A DNA stretch of 56,688 nt from a virus (lineage: Duplodnaviria; Caudoviricetes), in the IMG/VR virus record IMGVR_UViG_3300021408_000005, positions 1-56,688 of that record; one strand, written 5' to 3'. Position 1 is the first letter of the stretch, and the number at the start of each line of letters is the position of its first letter. The position numbers and the translations under genes are program-made. The notes below the pieces were generated by a model. The model did not search any database, was not told where the DNA came from, and was given only the letters and a program-made list of their open reading frames with translations. This document shows, one piece after another, positions 44,276-54,515 of this stretch.

Positions 44276-44503
44276 ATGGACCTACGGTGCCCATACAAGA
44301 AGCACGCAGAGCTCCTTGACGGCATCCTAGAAGTCCGTTGCAAGTCCCGTCTTTGCGGGGCACTTCCGGGTGTCATCGTGTTGCACAGGTTCGATATGGA
44401 CGGCAACTTGGTGGATACCTTGAAGCTGAAAGATCCACCAACCCGAGAGGAGAAAGGCGCCAATGGCTCAGACAGGAGCAGCGTATCCGTTCGGTCTTCG
44501 TGA
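44276..44503 (+). CDS. Small zinc-ribbon protein (Com-like)
   Basis: DLRCPYKKH..LEVRCKSRLCG. Confidence 0.6.
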   Translation: MDLRCPYKKHAELLDGILEVRCKSRLCGALPGVIVLHRFDMDGNLVDTLKLKDPPTREEKGANGSDRSSVSVRSS

Positions 44504-45014
44504 GGTCGTGCTGACGCCCATCCTCGACTCCGTCTTGGAGACGCTGGGCACGCCGAAGAAGCTGTCGGCCAGCCGCACCTTCACGTTCACCGAGGCGGAG
44601 GAGTACGTCGAACTTCGTGGCGATGACCGGCTGATCATCAGCCGTGGCATGGGTCCTGAGGTGGACTGGGAGCTCGAAGGCGGTGGCATCGACCTGGACG
44701 TCTACAACATCATGTTTGGCGGCACCCTCAGCAACACGGGCGTGACCCCGAACCAAGTGCGGACGGTCCGCAAGCTGGTGACCCAGAGTCGGCCCTACTT
44801 CAAGGTCGAAGGTCGTGCCATCAACGATGGTGGCGGCGATCAGCACGCTGTCGTGTTCCGGTGCCGGGCCACCAGCGATGTCGAGTCGACCTTCGCTGAC
44901 GGTCAGTTCTACATGACGCAGGCTGAGGGCAAGGGCTTCGGCAGCTTGGCCGTCGCCAGCCTTGACGCCCTGTACGACTTCATCCAGAACGAGACCCCTG
45001 ACACCATCATCTAG
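44463..45014 (+). CDS. Major tail protein
   Basis: YPFGLRE, ELRGDD, RPYFKVEG; position. Confidence 0.85.
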   Translation: MAQTGAAYPFGLREVVLTPILDSVLETLGTPKKLSASRTFTFTEAEEYVELRGDDRLIISRGMGPEVDWELEGGGIDLDVYNIMFGGTLSNTGVTPNQVRTVRKLVTQSRPYFKVEGRAINDGGGDQHAVVFRCRATSDVESTFADGQFYMTQAEGKGFGSLAVASLDALYDFIQNETPDTII

Positions 45015-45046
45015 TCCATCAACGCCAGGAGTTCCTAGGAGGACCA

Positions 45047-45724
45047 ATGGCAGCACGCAAGCCAGCAGTTCGGCAAGGCAACAAGCAGGCGGCAGCCAAG
45101 CAGACCACGGCACGAGCCAAGGTCGCCAAGGCCACGAAGGATGTTAAGACATCACGAGAAGCCGCCCAGGACATGGAAGTCACAGACGTTGGGGGATGGA
45201 AGGGCAGGGTTGAGCGTGCGGCTGTCAAGCTGCTGCTCCCCAGCGGCAACGTCTGCCTCGCCTTCAACGAAGGCATGATGTCGTTCATCGAGTCCGGCAA
45301 GGTGCCGAATGCGTTGATGCCGATCATCATGGACGCCATCAACGAGGGCAAGGGCATGGCGCCGGACGCCGTCAAGAAGTTAGCCAATGACTCTCGTGTC
45401 ATCCAAGACATGATGGCTATGGTGAATAGCGCTGTGGTCTCGTGTGTTGTCCAGCCCAAGATCTCCCCCGCTCCCCTCGCAGTTCGGACGATCAAGAGCG
45501 AAGACGCTCCGGATGTTGTCGAGGAGTACATCGTCTTGTCCGGCCAGGTGGGCGTGGACGCCGACGGCAACGGCGTTGAGCGTGATCCCAAGAAGATGTA
45601 CGTGGATGAGCTCGACATGAACGACAAGATGTTTCTCTTCAACTGGGTGATGGGAGGGTCGAAGGACATCGAACGATTTCGTACGCAATCGGCCGCTGCT
45701 CTGGAATCTTTATCAGAGGAGTGA
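45047..45724 (+). CDS. Tail assembly chaperone (G)
   Basis: Between the major tail and tape measure genes; 'LPSG', 'DKMFLFNW'. Confidence 0.8.
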   Translation: MAARKPAVRQGNKQAAAKQTTARAKVAKATKDVKTSREAAQDMEVTDVGGWKGRVERAAVKLLLPSGNVCLAFNEGMMSFIESGKVPNALMPIIMDAINEGKGMAPDAVKKLANDSRVIQDMMAMVNSAVVSCVVQPKISPAPLAVRTIKSEDAPDVVEEYIVLSGQVGVDADGNGVERDPKKMYVDELDMNDKMFLFNWVMGGSKDIERFRTQSAAALESLSEE

Positions 45725-45986
45725 GAGGTGGGGTCAGCGCCCGTCTGACCTCATGGACTTTACATCTATCTACGACAGCTACACGTGCTGGTGCTTCGAT
45801 GATGTGGTCGAAGTGTTCGGCCAAGCAATTGAGGCTGCGATGGCGGAGGTTAAGGGCAAGAACGAGAAGGCCAACGCCGGTCGCAGAGAGAATGTCTTGA
45901 GGAAGTTTCTGGGTATGGACCAGAAGTTCCGCTCCCCAGGTGGGCAAAGTGCCGAGAGGGTAGAAGCACCTTTCAACCGGGAGTAG
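45678..45986 (+). CDS. Tail assembly chaperone frameshift extension (T part)
   Basis: The +1 frame is open across TTT-C at 45677-45680 and reads FVRNRPLLWNLY..WGQRPSDL..WCFD..FG. Confidence 0.65.
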   Translation, partial: FVRNRPLLWNLYQRSERWGQRPSDLMDFTSIYDSYTCWCFDDVVEVFGQAIEAAMAEVKGKNEKANAGRRENVLRKFLGMDQKFRSPGGQSAERVEAPFNRE

Positions 45987-45990
45987 TCCG

Positions 45991-48987
45991 ATCGCTGATT
46001 ACGACCTCGGGACAGCTCGGGGCAAGATCGATGTAGACGCCAGCGGAGCCGAAATGGGCTTCGGCAGAGCTGACGCTGCGCAAGACAAGTTCTCCAAAGG
46101 CAATGAGAAGGCCGCAAATCAGTTCATGAAGGTCGGCACAGTCATGGCCGCTGGGGGCCTTGGCATCGCTGCCGGCTTTGGCCTTGCCATCAATGCTGCT
46201 GCTGACTTCGAAGAGCGTATCAGCGGCATCAAGGCTGTCAGCGGTGCGACTGAAGCTGAGCTCGAGAAGATCAGGAAGAAGGCGCTACAGCTAGGCGCCG
46301 ACACCAAGTTCTCCGCCACCGAGTCCGCCTTGGCGATGGAGGAGTTGATCAAGGCTGGGCTAACCGTTGATGATGTCCTCAACGGTGCAGCTGACGCCAC
46401 GGTTAACCTCGCTGCCGCTGGCGAGATCGAGCTGCCACGAGCCGCCGAGATTGCGGCAAATGCGATGTCGGCATTCAGCCTGGCAGCGGAAGATCTGCCG
46501 CACGTTGCCGACCTGATCGCAGGCGCAGCCAACGCCAGCGCTATCAGTGTCGAAGAGTTCGCTATGGCGATGCAGCAGTCGAGCGCTGTTGCGGCATTGG
46601 CGGGATTCTCCTTCGATGACCTAGCAGTTGCCATCGCAGCTATGGGTAACGCCGGCATCAAGGGCAGCGACGCTGGCACCAGTCTCAAGACGTTCCTGAG
46701 CAACCTTCAGCCGGTCACCCAGAAGCAGATAGACCTGTTCAAGGAACTGGGCATCGTTACTGCTGACGGCACCAATCAGTTCTACGACCAAGCTGGAAGC
46801 CTCAAGCCCCTCAATGAGATAGCGCAGATCCTCCAAGACAGCTTGGCCGGCATGACCGACCAGCAGAAGCAGATGGCTCTTGAGACCCTGTTCGGGTCGG
46901 ATGCCATTCGTGCTGCCGCTGTCATAGCCAAGGAGGGTGGCGCCGGCTTCGACGAGCTATCGGCTGCGATGGGCAAGGTCACGGCGGCTGAGGTTGCCGA
47001 GACCAGGATGGACAACCTGAAGGGGTCCATCGAGCAGCTCAAGGGCAGCGTCGAGACCTTGATGGTGATCATCGGCCAGCCCCTGGCCGAGTCCCTGCGC
47101 ACGTGGGTCGACAGGCTCACAGGCCTGATCAACGCCTTCAGCGAGCTCGACGAAGCGCAGCGCACGGACATCGTCACAATCCTACAGATGGCTTCGGCCT
47201 TCCTGACCACGCTAGGGACCTTGCTAGTCCTCCTCAGCGGGTTCCTGAAGATGCGTGCTGCTGTCGTGACCATGTCCGTGGTGTTCGGCAGCGTGGGCAT
47301 AATCGTCTTCGCTGTTATTGCCGTCCTCATCGCTCTTGGTGCGGCACTAGTCGTCCTCTACCAGCGCAACGAGAAGTTCCGTGACATAGTCCAGTCCGTT
47401 TGGGAGTGGATACGTGTCAATGTTCTAGCGATCATAAACGAGGTCAGTGAAGGCGTCTCGGCTATGATCGAGACCTTCAATGGCGAAGGCATGACCAGCG
47501 ATGGTCTAGTCGGATGGTTCGAGCGCATTGGAGTTGCAGCACGGGCCGTCGTCAACTGGATCACAGGCACGCTGATACCGGGCTTCCAGGCCTTCGGTGA
47601 CTTCATTACAGGAACCATCGTGCCGGCCATTCAGTGGTTGGCATCTGAGGTGCAGGAGCGTCTAGACAGCGCATTCGGCTGGGTTCAAGACAACGTCTTC
47701 CCAGTTCTAGACGCTTTCGGTGAGATGGTGATGGCCGTAGTCGAGGTTATCATCGGCGCCTGGAACCGTGCCTGGCCCATTACCCGTGCGACCTTCCAGG
47801 GCATAGCCATTGTCATCCAGACAGCAATGGGGATCATCTGGAAGATCATCAGTTCCGTTGTTGACACCATCCTCATTCTGTGGAACGAGTTCGGCGACAA
47901 CATCTGGGATGTCATCAAGCTCGCCTGGAACTTCATAGTTGAAACGATCTCCGGTGCCCTTCAAGTCATCAAGGGCATCTTCCAAGTCATCACCGGCATC
48001 CTCACGCTTGACTGGACCAAGTTGTGGGAGGGCATTAGGAACATAGTCGGTGGGTTCTGGGATCAGATCATGGCCGTGGTTCGCCTCGCCATAGGTGTCC
48101 TGGGGCAGGTCATCGAGATAGGCATTGGCATTATCAAGGCCGGTTGGCAGATCTTCTGGAACCAAATGGGCCTTGTGATGTCCATCGTTTGGGACCTGAT
48201 CGTTGCCGCCGTCAAGATCGCCATAGTCACAGTCCGGGGCAGCATTGAGGCCGGGCTCAACTTGATCAAGGCCATCTGGAACGCCGCATGGGCCTTCGTC
48301 AAGTCTATCTTCACGAACGCCATTGACGCCATCAAGGGTGCCGCAAGCTTGGGCATCACCATCCTCGTGGGCTTCTTCACGGCTGTGCCAGGTCGTATCC
48401 TCGGTGCGCTGGGCAACTTGATAGGGCTCTTGCTGCAGAAGGGCAAGGATGTTGTTCAGGGAATGCTCAACGGCGCTATAGCGCTTGGCGTAACCCTTGC
48501 TGCTTGGTTCATGGGTCTGGGCGGGAAGGTGTTGGGGTGGATAGGTAACGTCGCAGAGACCCTGTATCAAGCTGGCCGTGATCTCATTGACGGCTTCATT
48601 GACGGTGTGAAGGACAAGATCGGAGACTTGAAGGACGCCATTGGCAGCATTGCCAGCACGGCCAAGAACGTAGTCACCGGTGCGCTTGGCATCTTCTCTC
48701 CGTCGAAGGTCTTCAAGGGCTACGGCAAGGCTGTAGTTGACGGATTCCAAGAGGGCTTGGCGCAGACCCGTGGTCTTGAGGGCCAGGTGGACCACATGGT
48801 GCGGCTGGTCTCCACCCCCTCTTTCTCTCCGCAGACCGATACTGCGGGAGGGAGAGGCGGGGATGTTCACGTACACCTTCACGTAGGCGACATCGTAGGT
48901 ACCCCGGAGGACTTGGAGAAGGTGCTTAAGGACCCGAAGACATTGCGGGAACTGGCCAACGCTGTCAGGGCAGGGAGTCGTCCATGA
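45991..48987 (+). CDS. Tape measure protein (probable ATC start)
   Basis: TP901-type core (TKFSATE, GIKGSDAGTSLK, LFGSDA, FSPSKVF); frame extends upstream to ATC-ADYDLGTARGKI behind GGGAG. Confidence 0.92.
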   Translation: MADYDLGTARGKIDVDASGAEMGFGRADAAQDKFSKGNEKAANQFMKVGTVMAAGGLGIAAGFGLAINAAADFEERISGIKAVSGATEAELEKIRKKALQLGADTKFSATESALAMEELIKAGLTVDDVLNGAADATVNLAAAGEIELPRAAEIAANAMSAFSLAAEDLPHVADLIAGAANASAISVEEFAMAMQQSSAVAALAGFSFDDLAVAIAAMGNAGIKGSDAGTSLKTFLSNLQPVTQKQIDLFKELGIVTADGTNQFYDQAGSLKPLNEIAQILQDSLAGMTDQQKQMALETLFGSDAIRAAAVIAKEGGAGFDELSAAMGKVTAAEVAETRMDNLKGSIEQLKGSVETLMVIIGQPLAESLRTWVDRLTGLINAFSELDEAQRTDIVTILQMASAFLTTLGTLLVLLSGFLKMRAAVVTMSVVFGSVGIIVFAVIAVLIALGAALVVLYQRNEKFRDIVQSVWEWIRVNVLAIINEVSEGVSAMIETFNGEGMTSDGLVGWFERIGVAARAVVNWITGTLIPGFQAFGDFITGTIVPAIQWLASEVQERLDSAFGWVQDNVFPVLDAFGEMVMAVVEVIIGAWNRAWPITRATFQGIAIVIQTAMGIIWKIISSVVDTILILWNEFGDNIWDVIKLAWNFIVETISGALQVIKGIFQVITGILTLDWTKLWEGIRNIVGGFWDQIMAVVRLAIGVLGQVIEIGIGIIKAGWQIFWNQMGLVMSIVWDLIVAAVKIAIVTVRGSIEAGLNLIKAIWNAAWAFVKSIFTNAIDAIKGAASLGITILVGFFTAVPGRILGALGNLIGLLLQKGKDVVQGMLNGAIALGVTLAAWFMGLGGKVLGWIGNVAETLYQAGRDLIDGFIDGVKDKIGDLKDAIGSIASTAKNVVTGALGIFSPSKVFKGYGKAVVDGFQEGLAQTRGLEGQVDHMVRLVSTPSFSPQTDTAGGRGGDVHVHLHVGDIVGTPEDLEKVLKDPKTLRELANAVRAGSRP

Positions 48988-50903
48988 GGGTATTCCTGAA
49001 GCCGAACGGCACGATCAGCAACAACATCGCTGGCGGAGGGTTCGGCGGTGTTGGTACGGCGCACGGAACTGTCAGCGACGGCAAGACGAGGTCCTACATC
49101 AGGTCCGCCCATACGGCCGCTGGGACGCTGACACGGTTCGACTTGTCCAGCTTCAGCCTAAGCCCCACACAGCGCATAGGGGGCCTTCAGATACGGCTGG
49201 CGCACGGGCAGACCATCGCTGCCGGCATCATCCCCAAGCTGAACAACCTGATCGCAATGGGCTACACGGTCTGGACATCAGTTCCGTTTCAGTCGCTTAC
49301 CGCCCCTCCGAACTACAGGGTGTCCTCCTGGTTCTACAAGAACACGGCTACAAACGCTGAATGGACACAGGCGCAACTCGATGCCCTACAGCTCTACGTC
49401 GAATGGCGTGACCCGTCCGGGCTTCATGACGCAAGGCTGTACGAGATCGACGTCCAGGCGTGGATCCTCGAGCAGCCCGTCACCACGAACGTCTCGCCTG
49501 AGTCCGGCGGCATCACGCAGACTAACACCCCTCGGTTCGTGTGGTCGTTCTTCCAGGAGGACAACAGCAGAAGCCCAACTCAGATGGGCATGCAGTTGAA
49601 GGTCTGGACGAAGGCTATTGCTGAGGACGTGGGGTTCGACCCCGACTCCTCTCCATCGGTCATGAACATTGTCCGTGCGAACCAGAAGAACAACTACTTC
49701 GACGTCAAGAACAGCGGCTTCCCCGAGCTCGTTTACGGCGATGAGTACTACTGGTCCGTGAAGGGATACAACCTGTTCAGCACTGGCGCACAGTGGTGGT
49801 CAGAGTGGTCCGAGCTCACGCCATTCACCGTCAACACGCCGCCGGTTACTGACGTCACTTCACCCACTGGTCCGATCACAGACAGCAACGTCCCCTTCGT
49901 GTTCTTCACGTACACGGACCCTGACGGCATTGCCTTGCAAGACAGGTTCATGGCCAAGGTCTGGAAGCGGCCTGGTGGCAGCTGGGTAGGGTTCGACCCG
50001 GACACCACGACGCTGGCGCCGGCTTGGCAGACCGAGCTCGTAACTGCCGATACCAGCTTCCAGATCTTGCAGCGCCTGGACAACTTGGGTGTGTACCGGG
50101 CCTACGTGAAGACGGCACATGCTGTGTCGGACAACCCGGCATTCATTTACGGAGACTGGGACTTCGTCGAGTTCACCATCAACCTGACACAGCCGAACAC
50201 ACCCGCCCTGACGGCCATCGATGGTGGGCCGTATGTCGGCATTCACGTGACGCCGGCTGCGCCCAGTGGGCCGAGCATTGAACACTTCGAGGTTGAGCGC
50301 AGCTTGGATGGCGGCGTCACTTGGGCGCCCTTCCGCTACGGCGCTGGGGGCCTGGCACTGACGGACGCATTCCCTTGGAATAGCGGCCTGCCATTCAGCC
50401 TTCAGGATCACGAGGTGCCGTTCGGCATTGAGGTCAAGTACCGGGCCTTCGGGGTGGACAGCACGCTCAGCACAAAGGTCTACAGCGCTCCGTCGTCCGT
50501 CAAGAGCGTGCGCATCAAGCCTCAGGCCATATGGATCAAGAACCCTGCCGACGTAGCTATGAACACGTCGTTCATGCACGAAGGCAGCTGGGTTCCTGTG
50601 CCCCGGACTGTCGCAAGAGGCACCTACCGCCCCCTCGGCCGCAAGCTGCCAATCGTCGTGCGTGGCCAGGCGGCTGGGCAGGCCCTGGACTTGCAACTGC
50701 TCATCGAGACCGACGAGCATCACGAACGCCTGATCGACCTGGTGGACGCCGACACGACGCTCTACGTCCAGTCTCCATCGTTCAGCGGCTACGTGGACGT
50801 CAGGGGAGATCTCGATCAGGCCAACCGTCTGTGGGACGACCGGGCCGGAGAGCCTCACGTCTGGCGGATAGGCCTGCCACTGATCGAAGTGGATAGCCCC
50901 TGA
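48984..50903 (+). CDS. Minor tail protein (Ig/FN3-like domains, Dit-like C-terminus)
   Basis: Follows the tape measure; 'PLGRKLPIVV'. Confidence 0.75.
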   Translation: MRVFLKPNGTISNNIAGGGFGGVGTAHGTVSDGKTRSYIRSAHTAAGTLTRFDLSSFSLSPTQRIGGLQIRLAHGQTIAAGIIPKLNNLIAMGYTVWTSVPFQSLTAPPNYRVSSWFYKNTATNAEWTQAQLDALQLYVEWRDPSGLHDARLYEIDVQAWILEQPVTTNVSPESGGITQTNTPRFVWSFFQEDNSRSPTQMGMQLKVWTKAIAEDVGFDPDSSPSVMNIVRANQKNNYFDVKNSGFPELVYGDEYYWSVKGYNLFSTGAQWWSEWSELTPFTVNTPPVTDVTSPTGPITDSNVPFVFFTYTDPDGIALQDRFMAKVWKRPGGSWVGFDPDTTTLAPAWQTELVTADTSFQILQRLDNLGVYRAYVKTAHAVSDNPAFIYGDWDFVEFTINLTQPNTPALTAIDGGPYVGIHVTPAAPSGPSIEHFEVERSLDGGVTWAPFRYGAGGLALTDAFPWNSGLPFSLQDHEVPFGIEVKYRAFGVDSTLSTKVYSAPSSVKSVRIKPQAIWIKNPADVAMNTSFMHEGSWVPVPRTVARGTYRPLGRKLPIVVRGQAAGQALDLQLLIETDEHHERLIDLVDADTTLYVQSPSFSGYVDVRGDLDQANRLWDDRAGEPHVWRIGLPLIEVDSP

Positions 50904-52066
50904 TGTATCCTGTCAGTGAGCGGTGGAACCGGACACTACGGAAGTCCCATACGGTCGACTTCAAGGCCCAGCTGTTCCGCAACGGCGAGCTCCTGGACGA
51001 CGGCATTCCCATCTTGACCGGGTCGATACAGGACAACTCCACAGCCAACATCCGTAAGCGCTGCACGCTGGCCTTGGCGCCGTCTGCCGGCGTTCTCGAG
51101 ATGCTGGCAAAGGACGTGCCTCAGAACGGCGGCTTGTGGCCAACCGGCAACGAGATCAAGGTCTTGGGTGGGCTGCTGTACAGCGACGCCACCAGTGAGT
51201 ACGTGCCGATGGGCCTGTTCAGGCTGGCACGTGCCGAACTACAGGCCAGTGAAGGGCAACTACAGGTAGCCATAGAGGGCTGGGACCGAGGCCGTGCGGT
51301 AAGCCGGGCAAGCTTCACAGAGCCATGGGCCATCAAGCAGGGCACGAACTACAACGTAGCTATCAAGGCCCTGGTGAAGGCGAAGCTGCCGCTGCTGATC
51401 GACGATGACTTCATCCTTGCGCCCACCAACTACACGACCCCCAACCTCGTGTTCATGGGTCCGACAGATGATCCGTGGGATAAGGCTCAATTGATGGCCG
51501 AGTCGCTGGGCAATGAGCTCTTGTTCGATGGAAATGGCAAGTGCGTATCCCGGGCCTTTCCGTCCCCCTATGCTCCCTCCGCAGTCTTCGATTACATCGA
51601 GGGGGAGGATTGCACGATGCTGACGGCAACTCGTGATCTCTCAGACGAACAGTCGTACAACGGAGTGATCGCAACGGGGGAATCATCCTCAAACGTTGCG
51701 CCTGTTAGGGCTGAGGCATGGGACACAGATGCCCAGAGCCCTACATACTTCGACCCTGACTTCCCGGAAGCTTCTCTGTACGGGCCGGTCCCCTACTTCA
51801 TGGCAAGTCAGTACATCACCACGAAGCAGCAGGCTCAAGAGGCAGCCATCAACAACTTGGGCAAGGTCAAAGGTATTGTTGAGAGCGTTTCATTTGACGC
51901 AATCAACAACTTCGCTCACGAGTCATATGACGCTATCAACATTCGTCAGGAGAAGACTGGCATTGATGACGCCTACATGATCGAGCAGCTGACGATAGGT
52001 ATAGGCCCGAACACAACCATGGGTAGTGTGGCCCGTAAGAGGCGGGTAGGATTGGTCAATGACTGA
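50903..52066 (+). CDS. Minor tail/baseplate hub protein (DUF5047-like)
   Basis: 'YVPMGLFRL', 'YNGVIATGE', 'YGPVPYF'. Confidence 0.78.
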   Translation: MYPVSERWNRTLRKSHTVDFKAQLFRNGELLDDGIPILTGSIQDNSTANIRKRCTLALAPSAGVLEMLAKDVPQNGGLWPTGNEIKVLGGLLYSDATSEYVPMGLFRLARAELQASEGQLQVAIEGWDRGRAVSRASFTEPWAIKQGTNYNVAIKALVKAKLPLLIDDDFILAPTNYTTPNLVFMGPTDDPWDKAQLMAESLGNELLFDGNGKCVSRAFPSPYAPSAVFDYIEGEDCTMLTATRDLSDEQSYNGVIATGESSSNVAPVRAEAWDTDAQSPTYFDPDFPEASLYGPVPYFMASQYITTKQQAQEAAINNLGKVKGIVESVSFDAINNFAHESYDAINIRQEKTGIDDAYMIEQLTIGIGPNTTMGSVARKRRVGLVND

Positions 52067-53402
52067 CACCTTCGCTGAGGTCTCTGAGCTGGCAAGGCTC
52101 CTGACGAGTAGCGCTAAGGGGCCTGTCACCATCTCGCAGGGCATGATCGCTGGGTTCGGGCCGGGCAGCCTTCAGGTCTTCTTCCAAGGCCAGGCCCCCG
52201 GTGATGTGGTGGCGCTACCCATTGGCGGCATTCGTTTCCTGAAGTCGTACGTTCCTAAGATCGGCGATGCCGTACACGTCTTGGGACTTGAGGGTGATCG
52301 CATCATCATCGGCAAGGTCAATCCTGCGTACGACGTGGTACCCGACGTCTACGAGATAGGCATCGCCGACGCTCCCGCCTACCAGAACAGCTGGCACGCC
52401 TTCGGTGGCGTCTACGGTCCCCCTCGCTACTGGATCGACGTAGACGGTTGGGTTCACTTCGCTGGCCACATAGCTGGCGGCACGGCCTCGGGTGTCATGT
52501 GGACCATGCCGGAAGGCCTACGACCCAACTCTCTGAAGCGCTTCGTAATCAGTAGGTCCGTGACAACTAGTGCTTCGTCGTGGGCCTTGCTCGTAAATCC
52601 CAACGGCAATGTGTCGTTAGAGAACAAGTCTCTACCTGCCGGCATCAACCTGAACGTGGGCCTGAACGACATTCGCTACATGGCGGAAGATGGCCTAGCC
52701 GACTGGGAGAGAAACCACGAATGGACCCCGTTCATCTACACAGATGAGTGGACTTGGGATACCTCGCACGACGGCTACGACTACCCGGCAATCTGGCAGC
52801 GCTGGGATGGCTTGGTCAGGGCCAGAGGCCACATGGCTGGCTTCGGCGGCAACACCATCGGGTATCTTCCGGAGAGAGCTAGCCTGCGTAGATACAGTTC
52901 GCTGTTTCATACGATAGAGGACACTGGGACTGTTCTCCAGAACTTCCGTGTTGACATAGAGCACTTCCGTCGCACGATGTTCGCCAAGACACAGCCCGGA
53001 GCAAACGACATCACGTTTGACGGAATGCAGTGGTTGTCTGACGTTCCTGAGAGCGCACTGTCTCCTCTTCAACTGTCCGGCAGCTGGGTCGCTTACGCAG
53101 TTGATGGCCAATGGGGCAATCCTGCCTACTACATGGATGGATACGGAGTCGTTCATGTTCAAGGGCTGATCAAGTCTGGCTCGGTTGTGAACGGCACATC
53201 TGTGGCATGGCTCCCACCTGGGTTCCGTCCGTTGTACAAGGAAGGTTTCATAGGCCTTCAGGGCCAGGGGACTTCCATGCAGTCATGTCGGCTTGAGGTT
53301 GATCCGTCCGACGGGTTCATCCGCTTGATCACTTCGGGCACTTTCAACAACCATCTGACTCTCGACCACATCTCGTTTGTGGCCAACCCCAACCCAGAAT
53401 AA
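52059..53402 (+). CDS. Tail fibre / receptor-binding protein with internal repeats
   Basis: Repeated P.Y..D..G.VH..G...LP.G.RP modules. Confidence 0.72.
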   Translation: MTDTFAEVSELARLLTSSAKGPVTISQGMIAGFGPGSLQVFFQGQAPGDVVALPIGGIRFLKSYVPKIGDAVHVLGLEGDRIIIGKVNPAYDVVPDVYEIGIADAPAYQNSWHAFGGVYGPPRYWIDVDGWVHFAGHIAGGTASGVMWTMPEGLRPNSLKRFVISRSVTTSASSWALLVNPNGNVSLENKSLPAGINLNVGLNDIRYMAEDGLADWERNHEWTPFIYTDEWTWDTSHDGYDYPAIWQRWDGLVRARGHMAGFGGNTIGYLPERASLRRYSSLFHTIEDTGTVLQNFRVDIEHFRRTMFAKTQPGANDITFDGMQWLSDVPESALSPLQLSGSWVAYAVDGQWGNPAYYMDGYGVVHVQGLIKSGSVVNGTSVAWLPPGFRPLYKEGFIGLQGQGTSMQSCRLEVDPSDGFIRLITSGTFNNHLTLDHISFVANPNPE

Positions 53403-53410
53403 GGAGGAAG

Positions 53411-54097
53411 ATGGACATCATCACCAAGAAGGAATGGGGAGCTCGGGCGCCCACCAGGCCCCTGACGAAGATCGCTACGCCGACTCCCCGCCTGTGGATC
53501 CATCACACAGCCACGGAGCAGCACGGCGCAGCCGGCATGCGGGCGATCCAGCGCTACCACCAGGACACCAAGGGGTGGAAGGACATTGCCTACAGCTTCG
53601 TTGTGGACGACGACGGGTCCATCTTCGAAGGTCGTGGTGCCGGCATCCAGGGTGGTCACACTATGGGCGATGACAGCAGGTCGCACGCCATCTGCTTCAT
53701 GGGCGACTTGCAGCACAGGGCACCCACGGCCAAGGCCATGATCGCAGCGGCCGAGCTCGGTCGTCACGGTCGTGACCGTAGGTGGTGGGTACCGACGTGC
53801 GGAGGGCATCGTGACAACCCGTACGACGATGGCAACACGACAGCCTGCCCGGGCGACTTCCTCTACAAGCGACTTCCCGATCTGCGATCCATGATCGCAG
53901 CCAACCCGACCCAACCCAAGAAAGACGACGACATCATGTTGATCATCGACAGCCCAGGAAACCCAGCACTCCTCGTGGGTGGCGGCAACGTCAAGGCTCT
54001 CACCCCGACGCAGCGGAACGCCCTGCGGGCGATCGGGGTCGAGCCCAAGCAGGTGGACGATGCCACGTCGGACGCCCTGCGCTCGTTGATCGACTGA
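53411..54097 (+). CDS. Endolysin, N-acetylmuramoyl-L-alanine amidase (PGRP-like)
   Basis: IHHTA, GWKDIAYSF, EGRG, GHRD, TACPG. Confidence 0.92.
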   Translation: MDIITKKEWGARAPTRPLTKIATPTPRLWIHHTATEQHGAAGMRAIQRYHQDTKGWKDIAYSFVVDDDGSIFEGRGAGIQGGHTMGDDSRSHAICFMGDLQHRAPTAKAMIAAAELGRHGRDRRWWVPTCGGHRDNPYDDGNTTACPGDFLYKRLPDLRSMIAANPTQPKKDDDIMLIIDSPGNPALLVGGGNVKALTPTQRNALRAIGVEPKQVDDATSDALRSLID

Positions 54098-54098
54098 T

Positions 54099-54515
54099 GT
54101 GCTCTTGGTCCTCCCGCTTCCGTTAGTGCAAGCCGTGGTCGCACCGCTGGCTCCTTTGCTGGCGGTTGACCTGGCTATCGTGCTTGGTGGCGTTGGTGCT
54201 CTCGGCGGGGTTGGTGGTTTGATGGCGGGCGTGGCTGCTTGGCTCAGCCGAGGAGATAACGTCAAGAAGGCGCAGGTTGATTATCAAGGCGTGACCATGG
54301 AGGCTATGCGGGGCCACATGGAGACACTCGCTGCTGATAACAAAGCTCTTCGCCAAGACATGGTCATCGTCCGTAAGGAGATGGCGGGCTTGCACGATCA
54401 ACTTCGTAAATGCCAAGACGACAAGCTCCTGATGCAACGGCAGCTTGACGAGTGGCAACGGAAGTGGGAGGCCAAGATCAATGAAGGCAATGCCGGATCC
54501 GCCAAGAGTTCTTAA
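54099..54515 (+). CDS. Membrane protein with coiled coil (lysis cassette; start uncertain)
   Basis: Hydrophobic N-half and heptad C-half. Confidence 0.6.
   Translation: MLLVLPLPLVQAVVAPLAPLLAVDLAIVLGGVGALGGVGGLMAGVAAWLSRGDNVKKAQVDYQGVTMEAMRGHMETLAADNKALRQDMVIVRKEMAGLHDQLRKCQDDKLLMQRQLDEWQRKWEAKINEGNAGSAKSS

Noticed and set aside
52059-53402. Diversity-generating retroelement target in the fibre gene
   Set aside because: No reverse transcriptase and no near-identical template repeat were seen; the repeats are at protein level only.
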